Origin: an uncultured Verrucomicrobiaceae bacterium
GTDB taxonomy: Bacteria > Verrucomicrobiota > Verrucomicrobiia > Methylacidiphilales > CAYYVW01
Length of the DNA stretch: 64,000 nt
Direction: 5' to 3'
Assembly (NCBI GenBank): GCA_964473925.1
Contig: CAYYVW010000001.1
Coordinates: 162,155 to 226,154 of the forward strand
In this document: positions 26,980-36,487 of the stretch, piece by piece
Position numbering within the stretch: the first letter of the stretch is position 1
Layout of the letters: every line of letters begins with the position of its first letter
The notes under the pieces: generated by a model
Told to the model about the DNA's origin: nothing
The model's input: only the letters and a program-made list of their open reading frames with translations
The model's database searches: none
Position numbers and translations under genes: made by a program

Positions 26980-28320
26980 ATGCCTCAGCTTTCTCGTCGT
27001 GTAGTCGAACTGCGAGAGTCGGTGACTCTTTCGCTTGCCGCAAATGCAGCTGACCTTGAGAAAAGAGGTGTAGACGTCGTTCGACTTGATGTTGGTCAGC
27101 CAGATTTCCAACCGATGGTATTCGCCCGGGAAGCTGGCGCCAAAGCCATGGCTTCTGGCTCCGCTGGATATACGCCTAGTAGAGGAAAGGCGGACGTAAG
27201 GGAAATATACGCTGGCTTCCTTGAGTATGTATATGGAGTGCACTACAATCCCGGAACTGAAATTCAGCTCGCTGCCGGCGGCAAACAAGGTTTGGATCTA
27301 ATTTTCGGCGGAGTGTTAGATCCTGGTGGAAAGCAAGAAATCCTCACAACACGGGATTGCTGGCTAAGCTATAAGCCCGTGGTCGAACGTCATGGCGGCG
27401 AACTGATCGGGGCTCGTTCCGTTCGTGATTTTCCAGCCGCCATTACACCTCAAACAAAAGCAATTCTTATCCCTGCTCCAAATCCTACCGGAGTTGCCGC
27501 AACCCGTGAAGAGCTAGAGCTGATTGGGCGTTTAGCCGAGCGCTCGGATATTTGGGTAATCGAAGATGCTATTTATGAAGGCTTTAATTACGATCGCCTA
27601 GGCCATCCCGGAACCGCTCGCGATACCGCTCTTGCCACCACTCGGTGTCCTGGCTTGCACAGTCGAACGATTATTTCGACTTGTGAATCGAAAAAGGGAG
27701 CAATGCCAGGTTGGCGAGGGGGCGCAGTTCTTGGTCCCGCAGCAGCAATGAAGGGCTTAGCAGCGGATTCTAGTCACGCTTTTGGAAATCTTTCCACGCC
27801 AGTGCAAGACGCGCTAGCAGCAACTTGGCGTGATCCTGAGGCTTACTCACAATGGTTTGAAGAGCATCGACTGGAATATCAGAGGCGCCGTGACGTCACA
27901 GTTGCGATGGCAAACGAGATCCCTGGCGTAAGATTGTGGCACGGCAAAGAGCCGGATAGTGCTTTTTATGCTTATCTGGAAGTTAATCCTGATTTGGGGG
28001 TTGGCGCAATCGACGTTGCCCAAGGGTTGCTTCATGCTGAGAAACCGACTGTGGTGGTGCCGGGAGATGATTTTGGCGTCTCAGACACACCTGATCGCGA
28101 AGGGTCGGTAGGAGCTCCTATGTGCTTTCGAGTAGCGTATACTAGCACACGATTCGAAGAAGGCATGGAACGGATTACTCAGCATTTTAAGAGACTTACG
28201 GGAGATTGCTCGTTTGGCCGAAATCAAGTCGTCCTTCCTGAGGTAGATACACTGCCTGCAGTAGAAACCTCTTCCATTCCAAGCTCAGAACGAGCCCCGG
28301 AAAGACTTCCTGGCGATTGA
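26980..28320 (+). CDS. Class I/II PLP-dependent aminotransferase, divergent, with a ~50-aa C-terminal extension
   Basis: DVGQPDF, YTPSRG, VIEDAIYEGFNYD, STCESKKGAMPGWRGG (SxxK-MxGWR PLP motif). Visibly lower GC than its neighbours. Confidence 0.75.
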   Translation: MPQLSRRVVELRESVTLSLAANAADLEKRGVDVVRLDVGQPDFQPMVFAREAGAKAMASGSAGYTPSRGKADVREIYAGFLEYVYGVHYNPGTEIQLAAGGKQGLDLIFGGVLDPGGKQEILTTRDCWLSYKPVVERHGGELIGARSVRDFPAAITPQTKAILIPAPNPTGVAATREELELIGRLAERSDIWVIEDAIYEGFNYDRLGHPGTARDTALATTRCPGLHSRTIISTCESKKGAMPGWRGGAVLGPAAAMKGLAADSSHAFGNLSTPVQDALAATWRDPEAYSQWFEEHRLEYQRRRDVTVAMANEIPGVRLWHGKEPDSAFYAYLEVNPDLGVGAIDVAQGLLHAEKPTVVVPGDDFGVSDTPDREGSVGAPMCFRVAYTSTRFEEGMERITQHFKRLTGDCSFGRNQVVLPEVDTLPAVETSSIPSSERAPERLPGD

Positions 28321-28351
28321 TTTTTAGGAAGCGGGAGCCTAGGCTGCCCGG

Positions 28352-29476
28352 ATGTTCCGCCGCTCTCTCTTACAAGCCCTGTTTTTGACCTTTGCGCTGG
28401 GGGCTTTGATCCCCCTGGCCTCTTGCGAGAAGGCGCCGCAGGATAAATTCCGCCTCGGACTGGCAGCCGCGCTCACCGGCGCGGACGGGACGTTCGGCAG
28501 CACGATGATTCAAGGCGCGCAACTGGCCGTGGAAGAATGGAACGCCCGCGGCGGCGTCCTGGGCAAGCAGATTGTCTCGGTCGCGCGGGATGACGAGGGC
28601 AAGCCCGAGAAGGCGGTGACGGTAGCGCAGGAGCTCGCCAGTCAAGGCGTCGGAGCCGTGGTCGGACACTTCAACAGTGGCTGCAGCATCCCAGCATCGA
28701 GCATCTACAGCCAGTACGGCATCGTACAAATCACGCCCTCCTCAACAAATCCGGAGCTAACGAACCGGGGTCTGGAGACCGTTTTCCGCAATGTCGGCCG
28801 AGATGATCAACAAGGAGCCATCGCGGGTCTTTTCATGCGGCAAAAGCTGGGCATGAAGAAGATTGCCGTCCTGCACGATAAGCTGGCCTTTGGTGAAGGG
28901 ATCGCGCGCGAAGTAAAGCGCTCTTTTGAAGGGGTCGGCGGTGAGGTGATTGTTTTTGACGGGATGAGCTCCACCGAGTTGGATTTCCGCGCGAACATAG
29001 CTGCGATTAAGGCCTCGGGCGCGGAAGGGATTTTCTGGGGAGGGATGTACTCCCAGGCGGGGCCGCTTTTTAATCAATTGCGCCAGGCGGGGTTGGAGAT
29101 TCCGTTTGTAGCAGCGGACGGCTCTTACAGTCAGCCGCTCATCGATACGGTGGGGGCGAATCCATCGAAGCTATATCTTACCTACGGCCCGGATTACACC
29201 AAGCTTGCGGCGGCTCAGCCTTTCTTGGCGAAATATCATCAGCGTTATGGGCAAGAGGGAGCGTACTCGGTTTATGCGTACGATGCGGTCAATATTCTAC
29301 TGACGGCGATTACGGATGCGCAAACGACCGATGCCAAGGCGGTCGCTCAAAAATTGCGCACGCGTGCTTTTGAAACCTGCCTGGGTACGGTGGAGTTTGA
29401 TTCTCGCGGTGATTTAAAAAAAGCGAACTTCATCCCGTGGACTGTTCGTGACGGCCGGTTTGTACCGTTTGAATAA
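28352..29476 (+). CDS. Branched-chain/hydrophobic amino-acid ABC transporter substrate-binding lipoprotein (LivK/BraC type), copy 1
   Basis: Lipobox LASC. Type-I periplasmic binding protein pattern LTGADGTFG...AVEEWNARGGVLGK...RDDEGKPEKAV. Confidence 0.85.
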   Translation: MFRRSLLQALFLTFALGALIPLASCEKAPQDKFRLGLAAALTGADGTFGSTMIQGAQLAVEEWNARGGVLGKQIVSVARDDEGKPEKAVTVAQELASQGVGAVVGHFNSGCSIPASSIYSQYGIVQITPSSTNPELTNRGLETVFRNVGRDDQQGAIAGLFMRQKLGMKKIAVLHDKLAFGEGIAREVKRSFEGVGGEVIVFDGMSSTELDFRANIAAIKASGAEGIFWGGMYSQAGPLFNQLRQAGLEIPFVAADGSYSQPLIDTVGANPSKLYLTYGPDYTKLAAAQPFLAKYHQRYGQEGAYSVYAYDAVNILLTAITDAQTTDAKAVAQKLRTRAFETCLGTVEFDSRGDLKKANFIPWTVRDGRFVPFE

Positions 29477-29515
29477 TTTTCTTCTTATCCCATCACTCTT
29501 CAAAAAAGGCACCCC

Positions 29516-30706
29516 ATGAAGCTGAATGCTCCTCGCTCTCTCATCGCTCTAAGTGCAGTCCTCCTGCTTACTTTGACTGGCTGTCAGCGTGCGGAGAATC
29601 CTCAACCGACGGATGAACCATTACCGCAAAAACAAGCGCAGCCTCAGGCTTCCGCTCCAGCATCCAAGAAAGATCCCATAAAAATTGCTTACGCGGGCGT
29701 GATGACCGGCCCAGACGGAAGCATGGGTGTTAAGCTTTTTCATGGAGCGGATGTTGCTGTCGAGGAGTGGAACGCTCGCGGCGGCGTACTGGGGCGTCCG
29801 ATCGAAGTGATTCGGCGGGATGATGAGGGCAAGCCGGACAAGGCGGTCTTGGTGGCGCAGGATCTAGTCAACCGCGACATCGCAGGCGTGCTCGGGCCTA
29901 TCAATAGCGGCTGCACTCTGCCTGCGTCGGCAATTTACAACGCGAGCCGAATTATGGAGTTGGTCGTTTCAACGAATGTGGAAATAACTCAACGCGGCTT
30001 TGATAATTTATTCCGCTGTAACGGCCGGGATGACCAGCAAGGGAGCGTCGCGGCGGATTTTATTACTAATAAGCTTAAAATCAAAAAACTGGCCATTTTG
30101 CACAATAAGACGGCATTTGGGGAAGGAATCGCGAAGAGAGTGAAGGAATGCTTTGAAGCGGTCGGCGGACAAATCGTCGCATTCGATGGCGTTTCTGAAG
30201 GTGAGCTGGATTTTCGCTCGAACATCGCAACGCTCAAAGCGGCAGGCGCGGAAGCGGTCTACTGGGGTGGCATCTATGGACAGGCGGGCCCGTTTTACAA
30301 TCAGCTGCGTCAGGCAGGGTTGGAAATCCCGTTCATTTCATGCGACGGCTCGTTTGATCAAAGCATGATCAATATCATCGGCGGGCAGCCGAAAGATTTC
30401 TACGCGACTTTTGTCCGTGACTGGAGCAAGCAGCCGGGAGCTCAAAAATTCGAGCAGCAGTTTAAAGCCAAGCAATTCGGAGACCCAGGCGCTTTTGCCT
30501 TTTACGGTTACGACTCGGCCAACGTGCTACTCAAGGCCATCGAAGTAGCGGGCACAACCGAAACCGATGCAGTGATCCGCGCAATGCGATCTACCACGTT
30601 TGACGCAATTTTGGGTAAACTCACCTTTGATGAAAAAGGCGATATCCGAGACGTGCCCTATGTAATCTGGACGATTGCAGACGGTAAATTCAAACCGCTT
30701 GAATAA
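29516..30706 (+). CDS. LivK-type substrate-binding lipoprotein, copy 2
   Basis: Lipobox LTGC. Clear paralog of copy 1 (EEWNARGGVLGRPIEVIRRDDEGKPDKAV; YNQLRQAGLEIPF identical blocks). Confidence 0.85.
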   Translation: MKLNAPRSLIALSAVLLLTLTGCQRAENPQPTDEPLPQKQAQPQASAPASKKDPIKIAYAGVMTGPDGSMGVKLFHGADVAVEEWNARGGVLGRPIEVIRRDDEGKPDKAVLVAQDLVNRDIAGVLGPINSGCTLPASAIYNASRIMELVVSTNVEITQRGFDNLFRCNGRDDQQGSVAADFITNKLKIKKLAILHNKTAFGEGIAKRVKECFEAVGGQIVAFDGVSEGELDFRSNIATLKAAGAEAVYWGGIYGQAGPFYNQLRQAGLEIPFISCDGSFDQSMINIIGGQPKDFYATFVRDWSKQPGAQKFEQQFKAKQFGDPGAFAFYGYDSANVLLKAIEVAGTTETDAVIRAMRSTTFDAILGKLTFDEKGDIRDVPYVIWTIADGKFKPLE

Positions 30707-30724
30707 CCATTTGATTTTTTTCTC

Positions 30725-31870
30725 ATGCCAGGCCGCGAATTCACGAAAGTTCACACGCTTTGCTGTGCAGCCCTTTTTATTCCTCTGGCGCTCTTTGGCT
30801 GCAAGAAAGCAAGCTCCCCTCCCCTGCGCAGCGAAGCAAAAGAACCCGTTAAAATAGGGCTCACCGCAGTCATGACCGGCCCGAACGGCAGCGCCGGCGC
30901 GCGCTATCTGCAAGGCGCCGAGTTGGCGATTGAGGAATGGAATGCCCGCGGAGGCGTCTTGGGTCGTAAGATTGAAATCGTTCGGCGCGATGATGAGGGC
31001 AAGCCAGAGAAAGCCGTGATGGTGGCTCAAGAGATCATCAGTGAAAAGGTGGATGCGGTCATCGGGCCGTGGAACAGCGGCTGCGCGCTTTCGGGCTCTC
31101 CGGTCTTTCATCAAAACGGCGTCCCACAGATCCTAATGGCCTCCAATGCCAAGGTAACGGAACAGGGCTTTTCGCGGCTTTTTCGCATCGGCATTCAAGA
31201 TGATAAACAGGCCGGCTCGATCGACAATCTGTTGCAAAAATTAAAGCTCAATCGCATCGCTATCCTGCACGATAAGACAGCGTACGGACAAGGCGTAGCG
31301 GAAAAAGTAAAGCTCTTGACTGAAGCGCGCAACGCTCAGGTAGTGGTCTATGACGGCCTCAATACCGAGGAGTTGGATTTTCGCTCGAACTTAGCTGCCA
31401 TTAAATCCAGCGACGCACAGGCAGTTTTTTGGGGCGGCATCTACAACCAAGCGGGACCGCTCTACAACCAGATGCACGAGCAAGGACTGGATATTCCGCT
31501 GATGCTTCCGGGTGGATCAATGGATCCGCGACTGATTGAAACAGTCGGAGCCAATGCCCCGCAACTTTATGCCGCCTTCGGACCTCCTCCTGTCGATGCT
31601 GTCGCTGCAGAAAACTTTTTCAAAAAATTCAATGCCCGGTTCGGGCCGGAAGGCTCCTTCTCTCTCTACGGCTACGAAGCGGCCAACATTTTGCTAATCG
31701 CGATGGAGCGCACGGGGTCGGTCGATTCGGCGCGCGTTTCAGCGACGCTGCACCGAGACTCATTTAAAACGCTTTTGGGCGAGGTGCGCTTTGATGCTCA
31801 GGGCGACTGCCAAGGAATTCATTCTGGCGTTTGGATTATTCGCGACGGCCGTTTTGTTCCCGAGAAATAA
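30725..31870 (+). CDS. LivK-type substrate-binding lipoprotein, copy 3
   Basis: Lipobox LFGC. Paralog of copies 1 and 2 (EEWNARGGVLGRKIEIVRRDDEGKPEKAV). Confidence 0.85.
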   Translation: MPGREFTKVHTLCCAALFIPLALFGCKKASSPPLRSEAKEPVKIGLTAVMTGPNGSAGARYLQGAELAIEEWNARGGVLGRKIEIVRRDDEGKPEKAVMVAQEIISEKVDAVIGPWNSGCALSGSPVFHQNGVPQILMASNAKVTEQGFSRLFRIGIQDDKQAGSIDNLLQKLKLNRIAILHDKTAYGQGVAEKVKLLTEARNAQVVVYDGLNTEELDFRSNLAAIKSSDAQAVFWGGIYNQAGPLYNQMHEQGLDIPLMLPGGSMDPRLIETVGANAPQLYAAFGPPPVDAVAAENFFKKFNARFGPEGSFSLYGYEAANILLIAMERTGSVDSARVSATLHRDSFKTLLGEVRFDAQGDCQGIHSGVWIIRDGRFVPEK

Positions 31871-31925
31871 TTTTCTCGCGCGAGCAAGCCGTTCCTTGCA
31901 CCATTGTTGCAACGCGCTCGAGCTG

Positions 31926-32843
31926 ATGAATTGGGAATCTTTTGGCGAAATTTTGATCAACGGCCTTTCCCGTGGCGCGATCTACGCCTTGGTCGCGCTG
32001 GGCTACACGATGGTCTACGGGATTCTCGGCATGATCAACTTCGCGCATGGAGAGATTTTTATGATCGGCATGTTCGCATTCTTATATGCGATCGGCATCG
32101 CCGCGACGCTTTTTGGCGGCACCATCATCATGCAATTTGCATTTGCGCTTTTGATTGCCATGATCATCACGGCTGCGTTCGGCTATTTGAATGAGCGCGT
32201 CGCTTACCGCCCGTTGCGTGGCGCGCACGTCCTGGCGCCGCTCACCAGTGCGATCGGTATCTCCACGATCCTGATGAACTTCATCTGGCTGACAGTGAGC
32301 AAGGATCACGTTAACTTCCCGCGTGCGTACAAAGCGTGGTTTGACCAGAAACTCGTCATTGCCGGAACAACGGTCTCGTATCTGCAAATCTCAATCCTCC
32401 TGACAGCTCTCGCACTCATGGCCGCTCTTTTCTGGCTGATTCACCGGACAAAGTTTGGCATGGCGATGCGGGCAACTTCTCAAGATCAAAAGATGGCAGC
32501 GCTCGTCGGCATACCGGTTAATCGCGTGATTGCGCTGACCTTCGTGCTGGGCTCGGTCCTGGCAGCAATCGCCGGTGTGATGGTCTCGATGTACCAAGGC
32601 GTTTTGGTTTTCAATGCTGGCTATCAAATGGGCTTAAAGGCCTTCACCGCCGCAGTGCTCGGGGGCATTGGTAACATTCCCGGCGCCGTATTGGGGGGAT
32701 TGCTCGTCGGATTGTTGGAAGATGGCACCAGTTATTGCATTGGCAGCGATTGGAAGGACGGGACTATTTTCGCGATGCTCATGCTCGTCCTGATTCTTCG
32801 TCCGCGTGGCCTCTTGGGCGAACGCGTCGCCGATAAAGTATAA
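31926..32843 (+). CDS. livH: Branched-chain amino-acid ABC transporter permease LivH
   Basis: INGLSRGAIYALVALGYTMVYG, INFAHGE, GLKAFTAAVLGGIGNIPGAVLGG. The ATG at 31926 is preferred over the overlapping track start at 31791. Confidence 0.85.
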   Translation: MNWESFGEILINGLSRGAIYALVALGYTMVYGILGMINFAHGEIFMIGMFAFLYAIGIAATLFGGTIIMQFAFALLIAMIITAAFGYLNERVAYRPLRGAHVLAPLTSAIGISTILMNFIWLTVSKDHVNFPRAYKAWFDQKLVIAGTTVSYLQISILLTALALMAALFWLIHRTKFGMAMRATSQDQKMAALVGIPVNRVIALTFVLGSVLAAIAGVMVSMYQGVLVFNAGYQMGLKAFTAAVLGGIGNIPGAVLGGLLVGLLEDGTSYCIGSDWKDGTIFAMLMLVLILRPRGLLGERVADKV

Positions 32844-32885
32844 ACCCCAGAGCGGCACGTCTTTCGCTTTCATCAAATTCTGCTC

Positions 32886-34181
32886 ATGCGCAATTCCAAT
32901 ATTCGCTCTTGGTGTTTTTTGTTCGGGATTGCTGCGATTGCAACTTTTCCGTACTTTTGGCTTCAACTTGCCTTTGATTTCAGTGCAGGAACCGTAGGTA
33001 TCGTCTGGCGGCCGGAGCGCGGCGTCACCTTTTTCAAAGATCTTTTACCCACACTTTTAGTCACACTGACCATTGCGTTTGGAATTTATTGGGCGCGTCG
33101 GTGGAACGCCGAGCGACTGCAAAGGAAGGCTTCCGGGCTGGGTGATTTGACTGATGCACCTTCCAGTACCGAGCCATCGATTCAAAAGAAGCAGAGCATC
33201 TTGACGCCTCGCGTTTGGCTGGGTCTTGCCATCCTGGCCAGCGCCGCATGGTGGCTGGACGCCAAGCATCTCGGTCAACTTTTCTTTGCTGGTCTCTATA
33301 TGCTCCAAGCACTGGGGCTCAATATTACGATTGGAATGACGGGCCTCTTGGTGCTCGGTTGCGCGGCCTTCTTCACGTTCGGAGCATACGTGTTCGCGCT
33401 CGGCGCCGTCACTTTTCCCTGGCTGAGTTGGTGGATTGCCCTGCCCATCGCGTTTTGCCTTACGGGATTGGTCGGCTGGCTCGTCGGCCTCCCCTGTCTG
33501 CGACTGCGCGGCGACTATCTGGCGATTGTCACCCTCGGCTTTTCGGAAGGATTTCGGGAGCTGCTGCGCAATTTGAAAATCACTAATGGCGATATCGGGC
33601 TCATTATTTCTCCTGCTGTTCAAATTCAATCTTTCCTCGGCCTTTCACGCATACAGGCGGCTTACTTGATTGGACTCGTTGCCGTCACACTGGCTGTAGT
33701 TCTTATTTATCGTTTATGCCAGTCCCCGATCGGCCGTGCATGGATTGCGATTCGGGAGGATGAAACAGCGGCTGCCTCTATGGGTATTCCCGTTGTGCGG
33801 CTTAAGCTGCTGGCCTTCGCTGCGAGCGCGGCGATAGCGGGAGCTGCTGGCGTCCTGTACGCAGCTTACAGCGGCTTCATCAACCCCGCGGCCGCGAGTT
33901 TTGAGCAATCGATCCTGATTTTGGCGATGATCATCGTGGGCGGGTTGGGCAGCATTCCGGGCGCGCTTTTGGGAGCGGGGCTCCTTTTCTTTATTCCAGA
34001 AATCCTCCGTGATCACTTCCCGGCGTTGATGGATTACCGCCTGTTCTTATTTGGAATCATCTTGGTCGTGATGGTGCGCATTCGATCAAAAGCAGTGCTG
34101 CAGGATAAAAATCGCGGCACACCCCCTACTGATTCCCAAGCCAACAATTCGTCTTCAACCACCGCCCGTGTCTCCGCATGA
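32886..34181 (+). CDS. livM: Branched-chain amino-acid ABC transporter permease LivM (long N-terminal extension)
   Basis: LGLNITIGMTGLLVLGCAAFFTFGAY, RLRGDYLAIVTLGF, AIREDETAAASMGI. Confidence 0.85.
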   Translation: MRNSNIRSWCFLFGIAAIATFPYFWLQLAFDFSAGTVGIVWRPERGVTFFKDLLPTLLVTLTIAFGIYWARRWNAERLQRKASGLGDLTDAPSSTEPSIQKKQSILTPRVWLGLAILASAAWWLDAKHLGQLFFAGLYMLQALGLNITIGMTGLLVLGCAAFFTFGAYVFALGAVTFPWLSWWIALPIAFCLTGLVGWLVGLPCLRLRGDYLAIVTLGFSEGFRELLRNLKITNGDIGLIISPAVQIQSFLGLSRIQAAYLIGLVAVTLAVVLIYRLCQSPIGRAWIAIREDETAAASMGIPVVRLKLLAFAASAAIAGAAGVLYAAYSGFINPAAASFEQSILILAMIIVGGLGSIPGALLGAGLLFFIPEILRDHFPALMDYRLFLFGIILVVMVRIRSKAVLQDKNRGTPPTDSQANNSSSTTARVSA

Positions 34182-34948
34182 AGCCGATTCTTCAAGCTCA
34201 GGGTTTGTGCAAGTCATTCGGTGGACTGAAGGCGGTGCATAACGTCGAAATCGCCCTGCGGCCGGGAGAAATTTTAAGCCTCATTGGGCCCAACGGTGCT
34301 GGTAAAACGACGCTTTTTAACTGCCTGAGCGGCATCTACACCCCCGATAGCGGCCAGCTCTTTTTAAACGGGAAAGAGATCACCGGCCTTCCTTCACACG
34401 AAATCTGCCGGTTTGGAATTGCCCGCACATTTCAAAACATTCGTTTGTTTGGAAAAATGACGGCCTGCGAAAATATTTTGGCCGCGCAATACCAACACCG
34501 AACGCGAGCCCCGTGGGGTTTTCTGCTGCGAACGCCTCATTATCAAGTGGAAGAAAAAGATTTTCTTGGCCGGGCTCAAGCGCTCCTTGAATTTGTCGGG
34601 CTCGGAAAAGAAGCGCATCGGCCTGCGGAAAGCCTCTCTTACGGTCTTCAGCGCCGCCTTGAGATTGCGCGCGCGCTTGCAACCCAGCCCAAAGTACTGC
34701 TTTTGGATGAGCCCGGTGCGGGCATGAATCCACGCGAAATCGGGGATCTTCTGCAGCTCATCCTGCGCATTCGAGAGCGTGGCTTTGCGATTTTGTTCAT
34801 CGAGCATCACATGAAAGTCGTGATGGAAATCTCCGACCGCATCTGCGTCCTCAATCACGGGCAGATGATTGCGACTGGAACTCCTTCCGAAGTTCGCAAG
34901 CATCCGCAAGTCGTCGCGGCTTATTTAGGCACAGAACAGACGCACTAA
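34178..34948 (+). CDS. livG: Branched-chain amino-acid ABC transporter ATP-binding protein LivG
   Basis: Walker A GPNGAGKTT, signature LSYGLQRRLEIARAL, Walker B LLLDEPGAGMN. ATGA overlap with livM. Confidence 0.9.
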   Translation: MKPILQAQGLCKSFGGLKAVHNVEIALRPGEILSLIGPNGAGKTTLFNCLSGIYTPDSGQLFLNGKEITGLPSHEICRFGIARTFQNIRLFGKMTACENILAAQYQHRTRAPWGFLLRTPHYQVEEKDFLGRAQALLEFVGLGKEAHRPAESLSYGLQRRLEIARALATQPKVLLLDEPGAGMNPREIGDLLQLILRIRERGFAILFIEHHMKVVMEISDRICVLNHGQMIATGTPSEVRKHPQVVAAYLGTEQTH

Positions 34949-34967
34949 CCGGCTCATCCGCTTTTTT

Positions 34968-35693
34968 ATGTCAACGATTCCCTCCTCTTCTTTGCTCGAA
35001 GTGATCGATTTGCACGTGCATTTTGGCTCTCGTGAAGTACTGCACGGGATCAACCTGCGTGTTGCCGCAGGTGAGATTGTTGCGCTTCTGGGAGCCAACG
35101 GTGCTGGCAAAACGACAACGCTTTCGACAATTGCCGGAATGTTCCCCATTCAATCCGGACAGATCCATTGGCAAGGAGGGAGCCTGCCCTCATCGGCCGA
35201 CGCTGTATTGCGGCGCGGAATTTGCCTCTGCCCAGAGGGGCGGCGCATCTTCTCTCGATTGACGGTGGAAGAAAACCTTTGCATCGGCAGTTTTGTCCGC
35301 GATTCGAAAAAAGACCGTCAAAAAATCGATCGAGCTTATACACACTTTCCTATTCTGGCCGACCGGCGGCGACAGCTCGGCGGAACGCTTAGCGGCGGCG
35401 AACAGCAAATGCTCGCCATCGCGCGAGCACTCATGAGCGAACCGACGCTGCTGATGCTCGACGAGCCATCGCTGGGCCTGGCACCGCTCATCGTTGAAAA
35501 AATCTTTGAAATCATTCAATCGATCCACGCTGATGGAACCACCATTCTATTGGTTGAGCAGAACGCCCGGCTGGCCCTGCGCCTTGCCAATCGAGGGTAT
35601 GTAATGGCCGCGGGGCAGATTGTACTGGAGGATTCCAGCGCCAATCTTTTGGCCAGCGATGAAATCCGCCGCGCGTACCTTGGCGAAGAGTAA
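34968..35693 (+). CDS. livF: Branched-chain amino-acid ABC transporter ATP-binding protein LivF
   Basis: GANGAGKTT, LSGGEQQMLAIARAL, LMLDEPSLGLAP. Confidence 0.9.
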   Translation: MSTIPSSSLLEVIDLHVHFGSREVLHGINLRVAAGEIVALLGANGAGKTTTLSTIAGMFPIQSGQIHWQGGSLPSSADAVLRRGICLCPEGRRIFSRLTVEENLCIGSFVRDSKKDRQKIDRAYTHFPILADRRRQLGGTLSGGEQQMLAIARALMSEPTLLMLDEPSLGLAPLIVEKIFEIIQSIHADGTTILLVEQNARLALRLANRGYVMAAGQIVLEDSSANLLASDEIRRAYLGEE

Positions 35694-35702
35694 GCGCAGC
35701 CT

Positions 35703-36473
35703 CTAGCGAATGATGCCGCGGCTGGACTGCTTGATAAAGGAAAGCCACGACTCGAGCATGGGGCTGGGGCTCATGTCCGACTGTAGCTGCTCCAACGCCT
35801 GCGTGGTGTTGAGCTTTTTGTTGTATAAAATTTTGTAAGCTTGGCGTACTTCGGCAATTTGCTCTTCCGACCAGCCGCGACGCTGCAGTCCGATCGTATT
35901 GACGCCGCGCACCACCGCCGGATTGCCGTCCACCACAAGATAGGGAGGGACATCTTGCACGACTTTGCTGCAACCGCCGATCATCGCGTATCGGCCGATC
36001 CGGCAGAACTGGTGAGCCGCGGCAAGCCCGCCGATGACCGCAAAATCTTCCACGGTGACATGGCCTGCTAGTGTGGCGTTGTTCGAAAAGATGATGTCGT
36101 TGCCAACGGTGCAATTATGCGCAACGTGCGCGTACGCCAAAAATGTGTTGTCCGAACCGATGACCGTCGTCTCTCCGGAGCCAGTGCCGCGGTTGATCGT
36201 TACAAACTCACGGAAGACATTCCGCGCACCGATTTCCAAGTGCGTTGGCTCCTGGACGTACTTGAGGTCCTGTGTACGCCCGCCGATCGCACAAAAGGGA
36301 TAAAACTCATTCTCTTCTCCGGTGATGAGGGGCCCCGATAAGCTGACGTGATGATGCAGTCGGCACCCGGGCCCAACCACAACACCTTGCCCTACTACAC
36401 AATAGGGGCCAATTTCCACATTCGCACCCACCTCGGCCTTGGGATCGACAACGGCTGTCCGATGAATTGCCAT
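35703..36473 (-). CDS. lpxA: Acyl-ACP--UDP-N-acetylglucosamine O-acyltransferase
   Basis: N-terminal hexapeptide repeats (IHRTAVVDPKAEVGANVEIGPYCVVG...). C-terminal helical domain NTIGLQRRGWSEEQIAEVRQAYKILY. Confidence 0.9.
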   Translation of the reverse strand: MAIHRTAVVDPKAEVGANVEIGPYCVVGQGVVVGPGCRLHHHVSLSGPLITGEENEFYPFCAIGGRTQDLKYVQEPTHLEIGARNVFREFVTINRGTGSGETTVIGSDNTFLAYAHVAHNCTVGNDIIFSNNATLAGHVTVEDFAVIGGLAAAHQFCRIGRYAMIGGCSKVVQDVPPYLVVDGNPAVVRGVNTIGLQRRGWSEEQIAEVRQAYKILYNKKLNTTQALEQLQSDMSPSPMLESWLSFIKQSSRGIIR

Positions 36474-36487
36474 ACGAATGCCCGCTC

